DNA of 64,000 bases from the human T2T-CHM13v2.0 reference genome, Homo sapiens. The stretch lies in the NCBI RefSeq assembly GCF_009914755.1, contig NC_060929.1; one strand, 5' to 3'. How positions within the stretch are numbered: the stretch's first letter is position 1; each line of letters opens with the position of its first letter. A program made the translations under genes and the position numbers. Below the pieces are notes generated by a model. It saw nothing but the letters and a program-made list of their open reading frames with translations, searched no databases and was not told the origin of the DNA. Shown here piece after piece: positions 61,301 to 64,000 of this stretch.

Positions 61301-64000
61301 CCCAGTCCTTCACAAACTTTCATGTGTCAAATTGTGACGCAAGGAACAGGTATCTGCAAATGACCTCAGGTGCCCATTTTGTGTTGCCTTGACAAAGATT
61401 CACTGGTACTGAGGGCTTACCCTCTACTAGCGGGAGATGCTGTGCCCAAGCTCAGCTTCTCTCATCTGGCATCTATACCCAGACCACCTAGCATGCAGAA
61501 GTCTCTCTATACTCCCTGTAAGAAGGCCACTTTCTCATGTATACCCTTAAAAACGGTATAGAGACGGGGGCGTGGGTTCCTTTAATGGAATGCAAGCCAT
61601 GCTGCTTGTCCAGCAGAGTGCCTTGGCCCACATGGGGACAGTGGGTGACCCCAGCCTCCTCTGCTGTTGTGGAGCCTAGCTGTGCAAGTCTCCATTTTCT
61701 ACACTAAAGCCCTTTCCTTAACTCATACTTTGAGGCTTCATGGCGTTCCCTCTAAGCTCCACGCATGACAGGTTGCAATCCATAAGAGACTCAAATTTAG
61801 AACAACTGTTCTGAAGCCAACAGAAATGGGAATCTTTTAGAGCCTAGGTTTACATTGTGACCCAGAGGTCTGTTGAATAACAGCAAAATGGCATTTTCTT
61901 TATTATTAAAAATTCTCTTGTGTTCAGGGTTAATTCTCATCATGAAGCTAAGTGACTCTTCTTAGGCGCCATGATTTAGCCTCACAGGGTAAAATGCTCC
62001 CTCTACTTAAATTCTCATCTCATTACTGTTAATTGTGTTTTTCTCTGTAGGTAAGTACTAACTAGGCCATAAAAAGAAGTGCTTCTGGTCAAATTTCATA
62101 TTGACTCTGAAGTGAATGATGTGGCACACTGTAGAAGGCCTTGTCAATGCAATCGCTGTCACTAATGATTATTTCTCCAGCTCAAGGAGGTGCTCTGCTG
62201 GGCTGGCTGCATGCTGAGTGAATTCTTGCATTGGTGACAAACACAGGCTCTAATGTCATGAAAACAGTGCAGTCTTATGCAAGTGTAAGTCATCACTGGG
62301 TTAGTATTCTTTTTATTGTTGTTGGAACATTGGTTAATTCAATTCTGTCTCTGAATTGAACTTTAACTAGGATTTGTTTTTATGACAACTAAGAGCATTG
62401 CTCATAAATGAAGAAAAATGAGGATTGAAATGGTTCTCACAAGTCTTTCTTTTAACGTTGTGTCTGAATATAGTAGAATTGTGTGGTTCTTGTGGTTGTT
62501 TCAGCACAGTTTACTATGTAGGTTCAAATAGTTCCTGAGTCCATAATGTCCCCGAAAATAGAACATCTGCTTATACGAAGCCTTATATTGCATATTAAGC
62601 CCATTTAGGTGTATTCAGCTCTATATATCTACCACTTTCAACATTAACAAAGGATTTTGAGTTTTAGACAAAAATCTAAATCATTAAGTGGAATAAAAAA
62701 CAGTGCTATTTAAGTTGAATTGCTATAAACATAAATATTATGTAATAGATCGAGGATTATACATTGCAGGAAGATTTTATTTTTGTACCCCTAGGTGCAC
62801 AGAATTTTATTGATATTCATCATAATCTTTGGTTCAAGAAACATATGGTTCAATATTTTTAATAATATAATGAACATCCAGGAACCCACTGCCCAACCCC
62901 AGAGCAAGAACATCGCCAAAAGTAAAATCTATTGTTACTATTACTCTTTATTAACTTGTATTGTCCCCTACTTGTTGTTTTAATTATCATCATCATCATA
63001 ATTTTATTGAGGCTGAGCAACACCAGCACATAGATTTTTGAAATATATCAGTTATTAAATTTTACTCACAAGCTATGTAAACTGCATGCTGCAGAAGATT
63101 AAGCTAATACAACCAATACTGCACATTTGTGGTCAATCAAAAAATATCACACTCCTTTAGGAGTTCTCTATTTGCAATTGTAGCCTAAACTGCAGACCTT
63201 GTGAGAGAATTCTGCTCCTAGCAGGTATCAATATCCCACATCCCTGAGCCTGTGTGACTGTGTAGTTGCCATCTCGGTTCTTCCACCTATTCATTTATTC
63301 AGAGGAAATTTTCTGAGCATCAGACACTGGGCTTTTTACCAGGGTTTCAAACACAAAATGGGGGAGGCCTAGTTGCGGAGAGATTGTTGTAATTTGACGT
63401 AATAAGTATGAGAAAAGCTGTGTGCTAAGGAGGTGGTTTGAGCAGGAGAAAGGAAACGTACTTCTTTCTGTTCTGGGAATGTTAGGGAAGGCAGCCAGAG
63501 AAGTTGATGTTGACATGAGGATTTTCCTGATGAAGAAGAGGCGGAAGTTTAACACAACACTGAATAAAGTTACTTTAATGGAGAATGGGGAGGGAGATTT
63601 GAGATGACTCTTCTTCCTCCTCTGAAAGCCTGCTAGCTTTGTCCAGTTGTTTTCACCTGCCACTAGTCAGAGAAGGAAAGACTTCAAACTTCAAAATACT
63701 CTGAGACCCCATCCCTTAGTTGGGGTTTCTTTTGTGCAGATGCTATTGGAGCTCAGGTTTTTTTGAACAAATGGAAAGATATACTTGTACTGTCTCAGAA
63801 TGTGCCATGTATAAATATAATGAGCAGCAAGCATATAGTTGGGAGAAGCCACTGTGGATCCAACATCTTTACTAACCCCAAGGATAAAAGACTGTCCTAT
63901 AATTATCAGTGATATTACAGTGCCGTTCCAGAAGTAGCTGCCCTTCTGTCTCTTAAGCAGGTACACAGTTTTGTCTTTTCTCCAATGGAAGTACAAAATG

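Overview
Primate, very probably human, genomic DNA. It holds the first coding exon and promoter of CD180 (RP105/LY64, a Toll-like LRR receptor) on the minus strand: ATG at 4793, 30 codons, phase-0 donor at 4703. Positions 1-4703 are CD180 intron 1. The remaining ~59 kb is repeat-rich upstream DNA with no other credible protein-coding exon. It contains ~20 Alus, MIR/L2/L3/old L1 relics, solo LTRs (LTR8/8A, MER34-like, LTR9-like, THE1, MST, MLT1/2, LTR16-like) and hAT DNA transposons. It also contains a 5.6-kb full-length but dead L1PA4/5-type element with a 16-bp TSD and a 2.4-kb L1PA2-type element with a twin-priming inversion. I see no convincing wholly new biological system. The best second-look items are: a uORF and a poly(A)-ETS/kB/octamer module at the CD180 promoter; + strand splice signals suggesting divergent non-coding transcription, including a recursive-type AG|GTAAGT site; an open L1 RT frame whose stop codon lies inside a perfect splice donor; an mRNA-like insert splitting a hAT element; a Pol-theta-like templated scar in an Alu; candidate B/myeloid enhancers; and two outward-facing CTCF motifs. 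Repeat subfamily names come from recalled consensus sequences, and boundaries of old repeats are approximate.
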